A stretch of DNA of 64,000 bases, taken from positions 23,311 through 87,310 of the forward strand of contig JADGBX010000001.1 of NCBI GenBank assembly GCA_015231265.1. Direction: 5' to 3'. The notes beneath the pieces were generated by a model, which was given only the letters and a program-made list of their open reading frames with translations, was not told where the DNA came from and ran no database searches. Position 1 is the first letter of the stretch. Each line of letters starts with the position of its first letter. Positions 48,987 through 57,525 of the stretch are shown here, piece after piece. The translations under genes and the position numbers were made by a program. The DNA comes from Magnetococcales bacterium. Lineage in GTDB: Bacteria; Pseudomonadota; Magnetococcia; Magnetococcales; JADGBX01.

Positions 48987-50993
48987 CTATTTGATCATAC
49001 CTGGGCCTTCATCCTGCCGAATCAGTCGAAATCCCAAAGCATTGCTTGTTGAGTTCTCGCTGACGCGATTACGATGCGCGACCCGACAATACTGTGGGCT
49101 ACTGCGCCAACTTCCCCCACGTCTGACACGATACTCACCAAATGAGGCCCCTCTCGGATTGCATGCCGGACTCCGAGCATAGTAGGTCTCGTTATACCAA
49201 TCTTCCGTCCACTCCCAAACATTGCCGAGCATATCGTGCAATCCCCAGGCGTTAGGCTCCTTTTTACCAACCGCCTGCGTGGAGTTGTTGGAATTTCCTT
49301 CATGCCAAGCAATCCGTCCCAGAAGAGTAGGATCTGCACTGTTGTAATAGGCGGTGGAGGTTCCGGCTCTCGCTGCATACTCCCACTCGGCTTCCGTTGG
49401 TAATCTCAGACTGAACCGGGTCCCGATCATACGGATGAAGCGCCTCAAAAATTTCTGGGTATCTTCCCACAGCACCTGTTCAACGGGGTGATCCTCCAGA
49501 TCAGGAGAGAAGGTCCCGCCTCTGGGGTGCTGAGTCATGACGCGCTTCCAGACTTTCCAGGTGACCGGGTATCTTCCCATCCAGAAACCATCCAACTGCA
49601 CCTCATGTTCCGGCCCTTCGTCTGGACGCCTGCCTTTCTCCTTCTTGGGACTCCCCATGGTGAAACTCCCGGGGGGAACCCAGATAAAGTCCATTTTTGT
49701 CAGCGGTTCAGTCCATACATCCCCTGCTTTGCGATCCTCCAATTTCGGTGTTTCTGACCCGGACAAACTGTTGCGCAATGAACCACTGGCCAGCCCGGTA
49801 TTATCCTTGGCATCTTCGGAGAGTGACGCCGAGGAAGATGGGCGCATCAGCTGTGTTGCTCCCCCCTTCTTGACCGGTTTTTTTGGCAGAGCCGTCGCAC
49901 CGAACTCATTAAGAGAAGAGATGAAGCTACGCCAACTGTTCTTCTTCTTGCGTTGCGGTTGTCTCTGAGCAGCTTCTTTGACTGGAGAAACCGGCTTCTT
50001 GATTTCAGCCGGCTTGGTACTACTTGTGGGGGTCTTCTCTACCTGACTCTTGGTAACAGCTTCTTTATTGCCCGCTTTGACCGGCGGCTTGTCAGCGCCG
50101 ACCATCAACATGGGACGCCAGGCGGCTATACTCTGTGGCCGCTCGCTCTCCAGTACCATTAATCCCTTATCCACGGCCTTCAAAAACCCGGAGTGATAGC
50201 GACCTTTGCCCAGTTCAGAGGACGACTGCATCGGATCCGGAGCGCTGCGGACCTTCGAGGCGATGCGAACCGCTGCATCCACCGGCTTCTGACCGGTGAT
50301 CGCACGATAGAGAACGCCACCAAAGGCATAGATATCGGACCATGGCCCCTGGTTGGAGCCAGAAGAGTCGTACTGTTCAAACGGAGAGTAGCCCAGACTC
50401 AGCAGACTGGTCATCTGATTGGCCTGACCGGCAATCGCCTGACGTGCGGAGCCGAAGTCCAGAATGACAGGACTACCATTTCTCTTACGAATCAATATAT
50501 TGGGTGGCTTAATATCCCGATGGATATAGTCAGCATTGTGCAGCACCTCCATTCCGTCCAGCAGGGGTGGAATGAGAGCGCGCAACTGGCGTTCGGGAAG
50601 AATTTTCCGCCGTTTGAGAATCAGGTCAAGTCCAACACCCTCTTCATACTCCATGACCATATACGCAGTATTACGATCACGGAAAAAACTCTGAACACGG
50701 ACAATGGTAGGGTGTTTGAAACGGGCAAGCGTCTGCGCTTCAATGAGGAAGCGATCGAGCCCCCATTGGTAGGTCTCTTCATCATCAGGGGAGTTGGGGC
50801 GAACGGTTCTACCTTCCTCCCTGTTGGCAAAGCCTGCAGGAAGATACTCCTTGATCGCCACCAACTGATCCAGATTCGTATCACGGGCCAGATAAGTGAT
50901 ACCGAAACCACCCTTGCCGAGAATCTTGAGAATCTCGTACCAGAGCAGTGTCGTCCCCGGAGGAAGCGCATGAAGATATTTCTTCGAGCTCAT
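48987..50993 (-). CDS. Hanks-type Ser/Thr protein kinase fused to FGE/SUMF1-like (formylglycine-generating-enzyme fold) domain
   Basis: The kinase part carries LGKGGFGITYLA, VAIKEY, YIHRDIKPPNILI, LDFGSA and GYSPFEQ. A Lys/Pro/Ser-rich linker follows. The C-terminal part carries FIWVPPGSFTMGS...WEYAARAG...NAWGLHDMLGNVWEW...RVRRGGSW...LGFRLIR. Confidence 0.85.
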   Translation of the reverse strand: MSSKKYLHALPPGTTLLWYEILKILGKGGFGITYLARDTNLDQLVAIKEYLPAGFANREEGRTVRPNSPDDEETYQWGLDRFLIEAQTLARFKHPTIVRVQSFFRDRNTAYMVMEYEEGVGLDLILKRRKILPERQLRALIPPLLDGMEVLHNADYIHRDIKPPNILIRKRNGSPVILDFGSARQAIAGQANQMTSLLSLGYSPFEQYDSSGSNQGPWSDIYAFGGVLYRAITGQKPVDAAVRIASKVRSAPDPMQSSSELGKGRYHSGFLKAVDKGLMVLESERPQSIAAWRPMLMVGADKPPVKAGNKEAVTKSQVEKTPTSSTKPAEIKKPVSPVKEAAQRQPQRKKKNSWRSFISSLNEFGATALPKKPVKKGGATQLMRPSSSASLSEDAKDNTGLASGSLRNSLSGSETPKLEDRKAGDVWTEPLTKMDFIWVPPGSFTMGSPKKEKGRRPDEGPEHEVQLDGFWMGRYPVTWKVWKRVMTQHPRGGTFSPDLEDHPVEQVLWEDTQKFLRRFIRMIGTRFSLRLPTEAEWEYAARAGTSTAYYNSADPTLLGRIAWHEGNSNNSTQAVGKKEPNAWGLHDMLGNVWEWTEDWYNETYYARSPACNPRGASFGEYRVRRGGSWRSSPQYCRVAHRNRVSENSTSNALGFRLIRQDEGPGMIK

Positions 50994-51184
50994 TCAGTCT
51001 CACTGCCGATTCATACGCATCCATTACGAAGAATGGATCCAGGTGATCGCCGTGCGGTAGTTCTGCCTACCGCTGCCACTAACTGCACGCTCTGCAGCTT
51101 CGTCTCTTAACGCACGCCTTGTCATGATGCGTGCATTCCACTTTCTGATCAATCACACCTTTTCTGTACTTCACAGGTACTCTC

Positions 51185-52048
51185 TTAACCAACGGTCGGC
51201 TTCATCTCCCCATTGGAGGGCTCTTGTTTGGAGCCTCCGGAAGGCGGTTCTTCGAATACGGCTCTGAGCGCTGCTGCCTGATCGATCAGCTCATCATCGG
51301 GCAATCCATCCTCCTCATCCGTGAGAGAAGCAATTTTAGCAGACTCCAAAGGCTCACGCGCTTTTCGTTCAACATAGGGAACAGGTAATGAAGATCGTTC
51401 TGCCCCATCTTCCGACGCATTCTTGGATATGTTAGCCGACTCTTCCACGTGATCCAACTGTTCCCTGGTCGAATGAATCGCATCGGATGCTGGGAGCGCC
51501 TCTTGAGAAGTACGGACACTGGTGGAAACCGGGCCATCCAGGGAGGGCTCTATCCTCTCATCGGACGTGACGGGCTCCGACCAATCATGCGCATCGTGCT
51601 TTGCCTCGTCTTCATCAGCACACTGTTCCTCATCACCACTCTGTTCTCTGAACGACTCATCTTCCTCCACATAGTCCCACTCTTCATCCAACGTCTCTTC
51701 TTCAGATTGCTTCGGTTTCGGATCGGGATTGAAGAGTGACCAGGCGAGCAGAGTCCGTACGATTGCCCGTAACGCAACGACCAACCCTGCCACAAGAAAA
51801 AAGAACCATTCAAGAAAAAAAACCGGCAAACGGCCGAGCCAACTGAAACCGATCGATCCACGGCCACTCCGGCGCTCAACCTCCTGGCGACGGCGTGGGC
51901 CGCCGCTGGCGCTACGTTGCGGGGGCTGCCGGACACGACGACGCTGCACCTTCTGTTTGCCGAGCAAACGGGAACGGATACCGGAGCGCTTGGAGTAACC
52001 TCCGGATCCGGCACGCCCAGAGCGTCGATCACCAAATCTGTTTCTCAT
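51185..52048 (-). CDS. hypothetical single-pass membrane protein (Arg/Gly-rich N-terminus, acidic C-terminus)
   Basis: The ATG at 52048 is preceded by GGGGA. The N-terminal 65 aa are very Arg-rich (RNRFGDRRSGRAGSGGYSKRSG..RRRVRQPP..RRRQEVERRSGRGS). There is one strong TM segment (LPVFFLEWFFFLVAGLVVAL). The tail is D/E-rich. Low-complexity sequence leaves several overlapping frames open, so the call is only moderately supported. Confidence 0.45.
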   Translation of the reverse strand: MRNRFGDRRSGRAGSGGYSKRSGIRSRLLGKQKVQRRRVRQPPQRSASGGPRRRQEVERRSGRGSIGFSWLGRLPVFFLEWFFFLVAGLVVALRAIVRTLLAWSLFNPDPKPKQSEEETLDEEWDYVEEDESFREQSGDEEQCADEDEAKHDAHDWSEPVTSDERIEPSLDGPVSTSVRTSQEALPASDAIHSTREQLDHVEESANISKNASEDGAERSSLPVPYVERKAREPLESAKIASLTDEEDGLPDDELIDQAAALRAVFEEPPSGGSKQEPSNGEMKPTVG

Positions 52049-52377
52049 ACGATCCCCATCCCGCTTGACGGCCAGTTACTTGCACCTTCACTGGCCGCAA
52101 TCCCGTAGTGCGCCGTACAAAAGCGACACGCTCACCTGTTTCAATATCCTCAAATTTCATCAGGTATCAACAGTTGACGGTATCCTATATCGAAGGAACA
52201 CCCTTCTCGCGTCATTCCGTGTCGGAAGAGGGTCCACGCTCTCCTCCATGCTGTGCTAGAATGGCATCAGGATGACAGGGTAATCCGAACATCCCCCTCC
52301 CGGCATTCAACCGGAACAGAAGCCGTCCATTTCGGACCCTGTATAAATGTTAGCACGAGGAAGGACCAAAACATACC

Positions 52378-52908
52378 ATGGACAATCTTGATAAACTCCT
52401 GGATGAGTCCCTCGACCTGGAGAGCTGTGAAGAGCTCGCCTGTTCCGATACATTTGATGAGATTATTCGCTTTGCCATCGACCAGGAAGAGTTGGAGCAC
52501 ACCTTCTATCTGAAACTTGCCAAGCGGGTGGACAGCAAAGATGGCAGAGATCTCATGGAACGCCATGCAGCCGAAGAGAAACAGCAGATCAAGCTGCTGT
52601 CGAAAGTGCTCTCTGACCACCATCTTCCCGAGGAGAACCCCGGCGGACGGACCATTCCCAATGCCGACTTGCGCATTGCCGACTTCCTGACCACTCTCCC
52701 CTCCGGTGATGGCAACCTCACCTATCAGGACGCTTTGATCCTCTCAATCAAAATGGAACAGAGTCGTGTCAATCTCTACGAAGATCTGGCCAATCTGCCC
52801 ATGGGCGCCGTCGGCTACAAAACATTCACTTGGCTGGCACGTGAAGAGTTGAAGCAGAAAAATATCCTTGAGCGCGAATACGATGACATCGTTCTGGATG
52901 CAGACTGA
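52378..52908 (+). CDS. ferritin-like / rubrerythrin-family four-helix-bundle protein
   Basis: Helical heptad pattern with an ExxH (IDQEELEHTFYLKLA), EEKQQIKLL, MEQSRVNLYEDLA and REELKQKNILEREY. The second ExxH is not evident. Confidence 0.5.
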   Translation: MDNLDKLLDESLDLESCEELACSDTFDEIIRFAIDQEELEHTFYLKLAKRVDSKDGRDLMERHAAEEKQQIKLLSKVLSDHHLPEENPGGRTIPNADLRIADFLTTLPSGDGNLTYQDALILSIKMEQSRVNLYEDLANLPMGAVGYKTFTWLAREELKQKNILEREYDDIVLDAD

Positions 52909-52977
52909 CCATAAACTCGTATTGGTTGCGATATCGCTCACTGCCGTTGCATCCTCTCATCAACTGGACACACCACA

Positions 52978-53400
52978 ATGATCGCCTCTGCGCCCCACAG
53001 CCATGCCCACCCTGATCTGGGACACCTTTCCCCGGAAGAGGCTCTCGATTTCATCGAGAAAAACAGCGCCGTCTTCATCGATATCAGAATGGAACTGGAA
53101 CACTTCTTTGTTGGTCATCCAGCACGGGTGATCAACATCGCCTGGCAGGACTATCCCGATTTCGAGAACAACCCCGACTTTCTCAAAGAGGTAAAACAGG
53201 TGGCAAAGAGCGATCAACCCATCGTTCTGATCTGCCGTTCCGGCCACCGCTCCATTGATGCAGGCAATGCTCTGATTGAGGCAGGCTTCACCAATGTGCA
53301 CCACGTTCTGGAAGGTTTCGAGGGTGATCGGGATGAGAACCACCACCGCTCCAGCCTCAATGGATGGCGTTTTCGCGGACTTCCCTGGGTTCAGTGCTGA
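52978..53400 (+). CDS. rhodanese-domain sulfurtransferase
   Basis: The active-site loop is LICRSGHRS. The single rhodanese domain is of typical length (140 aa). Confidence 0.8.
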   Translation: MIASAPHSHAHPDLGHLSPEEALDFIEKNSAVFIDIRMELEHFFVGHPARVINIAWQDYPDFENNPDFLKEVKQVAKSDQPIVLICRSGHRSIDAGNALIEAGFTNVHHVLEGFEGDRDENHHRSSLNGWRFRGLPWVQC

Positions 53401-53495
53401 ATGTCAATACACCCGTGCATTTAGTGACTCAGCCTCTATTGTAATCAAGCAGTTCTGGTAGTTGTAATCAAGCAGTATTGGAAGGAGATATCTCC

Positions 53496-54413
53496 ATGGC
53501 CACTTTGGAATCGTGCGTCGGCAACACACCAGTGGTTGATCTCTCCCGGCTGACCTCCGACCTGACCGGCGTTCGGGTCCTGGCCAAGCTGGAAGGCAAC
53601 AACCCTGGCGGATCAGTCAAGGATCGCGCCGCACTTGGCATGTTCATGGGTGCCGAATCCCGAGGTGAACTGAAACCGGGAACCCGGATTATCGAACCAA
53701 CCAGCGGCAACACCGGTATCGCCTTGGCGATGATTGCAGCCCGACGGGGCTATCCGCTGACTCTGGTCATGCCGGAGAGCATGACCGTGGAACGGCGCGC
53801 CGTCATGGCAGCCTATGGGGCCGACATGGAGTTGACACCAGCCGCTGCGGGTATGGAAGGGGCCATCGATCGTGCCCACGCCATGGTAGCGGATGGCCAA
53901 GGACACATGTTCGATCAGTTCTCCAATCCCGACAACTGGCGCGCCCACTACCGAACGACTGGCCCGGAAATCTGGGACCAGACAAAAGGACGGATAACCC
54001 ATTTCGTCAGTGCCATGGGCACAACAGGGACGATCATGGGTGTCTCTCGTGCACTCAAAGAGAGGAATCGAGCCGTGCAGATCGTTGGTGTTCAGCCTGA
54101 TGATTCTTCAAGCATTCCCGGCATCCGCCGCTGGCCGATGGAGTATCTGCCTAAGATCTTCGACCCCAAACATGTGGATCGCGTTGCCGACGTCTCGGAA
54201 GATGAGGCGCGCGACTTCACCCGCCGACTGGCCAGAGAGGAAGGGATCTTTGCCGGACATTCTGCAGGCGGCGCCGTGGCTGCTGCTGTCCGTCTGGCGC
54301 AGAAGTTGTCGGACCGTCAGGAACCGGGCATCATTGTCGTCATCCTGCCGGATCGCGGGGACAAATATCTCTCGACACCGCTCTTTGAGACCGAGGGATC
54401 TCCACCCAATTGA
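53496..54413 (+). CDS. cysM: cysteine synthase B (O-acetylserine sulfhydrylase B)
   Basis: LEGNNPGGSVKDRAALGMF...EPTSGNTGIALAMIAARRGY...MPESMTVERRAVMAAYGA is near-colinear with CysM as I recall it. A GAAGGAG SD lies before ATG 53496. Confidence 0.9.
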   Translation: MATLESCVGNTPVVDLSRLTSDLTGVRVLAKLEGNNPGGSVKDRAALGMFMGAESRGELKPGTRIIEPTSGNTGIALAMIAARRGYPLTLVMPESMTVERRAVMAAYGADMELTPAAAGMEGAIDRAHAMVADGQGHMFDQFSNPDNWRAHYRTTGPEIWDQTKGRITHFVSAMGTTGTIMGVSRALKERNRAVQIVGVQPDDSSSIPGIRRWPMEYLPKIFDPKHVDRVADVSEDEARDFTRRLAREEGIFAGHSAGGAVAAAVRLAQKLSDRQEPGIIVVILPDRGDKYLSTPLFETEGSPPN

Positions 54414-54450
54414 GACGCTCAGCACCTGATGATCGTTGAAAAATCACCTG

Positions 54451-54478
54451 AAGCAGTGCTAAACTTCACTGCTTTTTT
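54451..54478 (+). terminator. intrinsic terminator after cysM
   Basis: The stem pairs AAGCAGTG (54451-54458) with CACTGCTT (54467-54474) around an 8-nt loop, followed by a T-run. Confidence 0.6.
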
Positions 54479-54509
54479 CACTCACCAAATATGCTCGGAG
54501 GGCACTATC

Positions 54510-54740
54510 ATGGGAAAGAAAGTTAAAGTCAAAGACAAGAAGATGGCCAAGAAATACGGCTCCAAAAAGATGAAAGCGTCGAAAATGAAGCGCATTCAGA
54601 AAGAAGAAGCCGCCGCCCGTCTTGCCGCTGAAGCTGCCGCTGCTGCCGAAAGCGTTGTTGAGACTGCTGAAGAGACCATCGAAGAGGTGGTTGAGGCTGC
54701 TGAAGATGCCGTTGAAGCTGTCAAAGACGCTGCGAACTAA
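54510..54740 (+). CDS. small bipartite protein (Lys-rich N-half, Ala/Glu-rich helical C-half), unknown function
   Basis: A CGGAGGG SD lies 7 nt before the ATG. 76 aa: MGKKVKVKDKKMAKKYGSKKMKASKMKRIQKEEAAARLAAEAAAAAESVVETAEETIEEVVEAAEDAVEAVKDAAN. The gene is flanked by two intrinsic terminators. Confidence 0.5.
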   Translation: MGKKVKVKDKKMAKKYGSKKMKASKMKRIQKEEAAARLAAEAAAAAESVVETAEETIEEVVEAAEDAVEAVKDAAN

Positions 54741-54762
54741 ATCGCACCGATTCAGTATTATC

Positions 54763-54798
54763 AAAAGCGTTTTCCTTTTTTCCGGAAAGCGCTTTTTT
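54763..54798 (+). terminator. intrinsic terminator after the small Lys/Ala/Glu protein gene
   Basis: A 13-bp stem (one G-U pair) pairs AAAAGCGTTTTCC (54763-54775) with GGAAAGCGCTTTT (54784-54796) and runs into TTTTTT. Confidence 0.65.
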
Positions 54799-54819
54799 GT
54801 TGCCCTGGCCACTCTGAGA

Positions 54820-55458
54820 ATGCACACACATCACAACAACTCTCCCCTCCTCACGGTGATTGTGACCAGACGGTTTGATCCCCACCGACTCTATGGTGCT
54901 GTCCGGTCTGCTCTGCCCTCACAGGAGCATGGCGTGCACCTGTTCTTTCTCCATGACGGTGTGATGATGGTGAACACCCCTTTACGGGATCTGCCCGTGG
55001 TGCAGAAGACCCTCTGCGACTACAGCCGTCGGCAGATGACAGGTAACGAACATCACGATCAGGTGTCATGCCCAACAGTCACTGTCGGAGGTTTGATGAA
55101 TCTCGGAACCATGATCTCCGCAAGCGATTATTGTCTGACACTCCCCAACACGTGCGGAGAGGCAAGACCATTTCATAGCCCGACATCTCACAAACGGCTG
55201 GCCATCATCCTGGATCGTAAGACTACCTCCAGGCATGCCACCGAGGGCGTCCGCCTTGCTGTCGGTCTTGCTGGAACCGGGCACGCTGTAACACTCTTGG
55301 CACCAATCCAGGAACCAACCACAACCTCTCCTCTCGTTGCGCTGACCGCTCGCCCCTATCTGGACCTGTTTTCACAACTGGGCGGAGAGTATGTGACTGG
55401 AAAGAGAGCGTACGCTCTCCAGACAGATGGCAGGTTCGATGCTATTCTAGAAGTATAA
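54820..55458 (+). CDS. hypothetical protein, tentatively tandem DsrE/DsrF (TusD/TusC)-like fold
   Basis: The start is placed after the terminator (MHTHHNN). LLTVIVTRRFD...GVHLFFLHDGVMMV resembles the DsrE/TusD pattern (..FF..DGV). The second half, RLAIILDRKTTSRHATEGVRLAVGLAGTGHAVTLL, is DsrF/TusC-like. This is motif-level evidence only. Confidence 0.35.
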   Translation: MHTHHNNSPLLTVIVTRRFDPHRLYGAVRSALPSQEHGVHLFFLHDGVMMVNTPLRDLPVVQKTLCDYSRRQMTGNEHHDQVSCPTVTVGGLMNLGTMISASDYCLTLPNTCGEARPFHSPTSHKRLAIILDRKTTSRHATEGVRLAVGLAGTGHAVTLLAPIQEPTTTSPLVALTARPYLDLFSQLGGEYVTGKRAYALQTDGRFDAILEV

Positions 55459-55528
55459 AGAATCAGATCACCCATTGATTCAAAACACGACCATTACCGA
55501 ACAGAACAGTTTTTTAGTGAGAGTCGTC

Positions 55529-56854
55529 ATGCAGGGATTCATGATTGCGGGAACCGCCTCTCGCAGTGGCAAAACCACGATTACACTGGCCCTGATGGCT
55601 CGGATGGTCGCCCAGGGCTTTGATGTCCACCCTTTCAAAGCAGGGCCGGACTTCATTGATCCTGAGTGGCACACTCTGATCACCGGACGGCCATCCTACG
55701 CCTTGGACACCATGATGGTGGGGCGTGAAGAGTCGTTGAACCGTTTCCATACACAGTTACAACACGCTTCGACTGCTGATCATCCTATCGGTATCGTCGA
55801 AGGGGTGATGGGGCTCTTTGATGGTCGAGCGGGTGTCGGGAAGAGCGGCTCCACAGCCGATCTGGCCCGAGCGCTCAATCTCCCGGTGATACTGGTGGTC
55901 CATGCTCGGGGAATGGCAGGATCTCTTGTCCCGCTGGTGGATGGATTTTGTCAACACGCAACTGGATTCCGCATCGCAGGCATCATCGCCAATCAAGTTG
56001 GCAGCCCACGTCACGCCGAACAGCTCAGAACGCTGCTCTCGGAGCACGACCTCCCTCCCCTGATCGGTTGGATGGCTCGCAGCCCGGAGAGTACACTCAA
56101 TGAACGCCATCTGGGTCTGGTACTACCCGACGATCACACCCCTCTGAACAGCAACTCGATTCAGGACGCTCTGACACTGGACACCAAGGCGCTCCTGAAT
56201 GTCATCGGACCCTGGCAGCCGCCATCCCGTATTGATGAGACGCCCGCCTCGGTTGCACCACCAGTCCGTCTACCGAAAGGGCGCTCTATTGCCGTGGCGA
56301 AAGATGCTGCCTTCCGATTCATCTATCCGGCCAATCTGGCATGGTTGAAGGCGCAGGGCATCACGATTCGTACCTTTTCACCGGTGGCCGGCGAAGCGGT
56401 TCCTGCCGGTGTGGATGGCATCTGGCTACCGGGAGGATATCCGGAACTCCACGCTGAAGCGCTTTCTTGTTCTGCAACCTGGCAGACCCTCCACGCCTAT
56501 CTTGACGAGAACGATCCTGATACCGGTGGATATATTCTTGCGGAGTGCGGCGGTATGATGGCGCTGGGTGACGCACTCACCGATCATCAAGGCCGACGCT
56601 GGCCCATGGCCGGGGTTCTCCCTATTGAGACCCGAATGACTCCGAAACTGGCTGGTCTGGGCTATCGGCACGACGCTTCCGGTGTGCGTGGTCACGAATT
56701 CCATCACTCCGTTCGTGACACCTCACCTCTTCCGGCTGCGTTCGAACCGGATCGTGGAGACGGAGGCATTCTGCACGGGAATATTCGAGCCTCTTACATC
56801 CACTGGTACTTCCCTTCATCACCGGTAGTGCTCTCCTGGTTGATGCCGACGTAA
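55529..56854 (+). CDS. cobB: cobyrinate a,c-diamide synthase
   Basis: The N-terminal ATPase part is FMIAGTASRSGKTTITLALMA..HPFKAGPDFIDP. The C-terminal glutamine amidotransferase part is GIWLPGGYPELHA...AECGGMMALG...GHEFHHS. Confidence 0.85.
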   Translation: MQGFMIAGTASRSGKTTITLALMARMVAQGFDVHPFKAGPDFIDPEWHTLITGRPSYALDTMMVGREESLNRFHTQLQHASTADHPIGIVEGVMGLFDGRAGVGKSGSTADLARALNLPVILVVHARGMAGSLVPLVDGFCQHATGFRIAGIIANQVGSPRHAEQLRTLLSEHDLPPLIGWMARSPESTLNERHLGLVLPDDHTPLNSNSIQDALTLDTKALLNVIGPWQPPSRIDETPASVAPPVRLPKGRSIAVAKDAAFRFIYPANLAWLKAQGITIRTFSPVAGEAVPAGVDGIWLPGGYPELHAEALSCSATWQTLHAYLDENDPDTGGYILAECGGMMALGDALTDHQGRRWPMAGVLPIETRMTPKLAGLGYRHDASGVRGHEFHHSVRDTSPLPAAFEPDRGDGGILHGNIRASYIHWYFPSSPVVLSWLMPT

Positions 56855-56869
56855 TGGCATGCCACCGCT

Positions 56870-56977
56870 TCAGATGAAGAGAATGACCATTGCGACAATC
56901 AACCCACCCCAGATCCACTGGATGCTCTCCGACGAACTGTTGACGCTCTGCTCCTGCTCGTACTCTTTCTGAATCAT
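56870..56977 (-). CDS. possible 35-aa small membrane protein
   Basis: The ATG at 56977 lies 7 nt after AGGAGA. The translation MIQKEYEQEQSVNSSSESIQWIWGGLIVAMVILFI has one C-terminal TM segment. The longer 78-aa version has no SD. Confidence 0.35.
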   Translation of the reverse strand: MIQKEYEQEQSVNSSSESIQWIWGGLIVAMVILFI

Positions 56978-57525
56978 GGTACTCTCCTGAACTACCTCAG
57001 AAATAGACAGCCTTTTACCCCGATAACACCAGAGCAGCCAGGGTGAGGGCAACCACCGGCCAGCGCTGACTAGTCTTACCGGCAGGGGTATCAATGAGGG
57101 TGTCATCGGTACTTATATCAATACGTTTCTGCATGAGGATTCTCCCGAGAAGAGGGTGTCAACATTCCTGATAACAGGCAACATTCCTAGGCGTTAACCA
57201 TGCATTTTTCATGCCTGACGCTGCACCACGAAGGGGATTTTGCGTCAGATACTCTTCTGAACACACCCCTCTCTCAACCACAATATTTCACTTAAACTAT
57301 CAATAACTTACGAAACAATATTTCGCGGTCAACAACTCATACTTGAAGGTTAATTCAACAAAATGTCATCAAGAGTCAACGACTTTAGCATGCATAGGGG
57401 GAAGTCCGTCGCTATTGATGGATCAGTTAGGGAGGATGCATAAGATGTAGAGATTGAAAAACAGCCGTGCCATACTCAGGTGTGGGCGTCGTGATCGTGC
57501 CGTCAAGAGAGGTGCTTGGAACGCA

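Noticed and set aside
54429-55458. The long forms of the track ORFs 54429-54740 (103 aa) and 54622-55458 (278 aa).
   Set aside because: The 5' extensions run through intrinsic terminator hairpins and lack an SD. The shorter forms start after the terminators (54510 with a strong SD; 54820), and their N-terminal extensions have no coding-like character.
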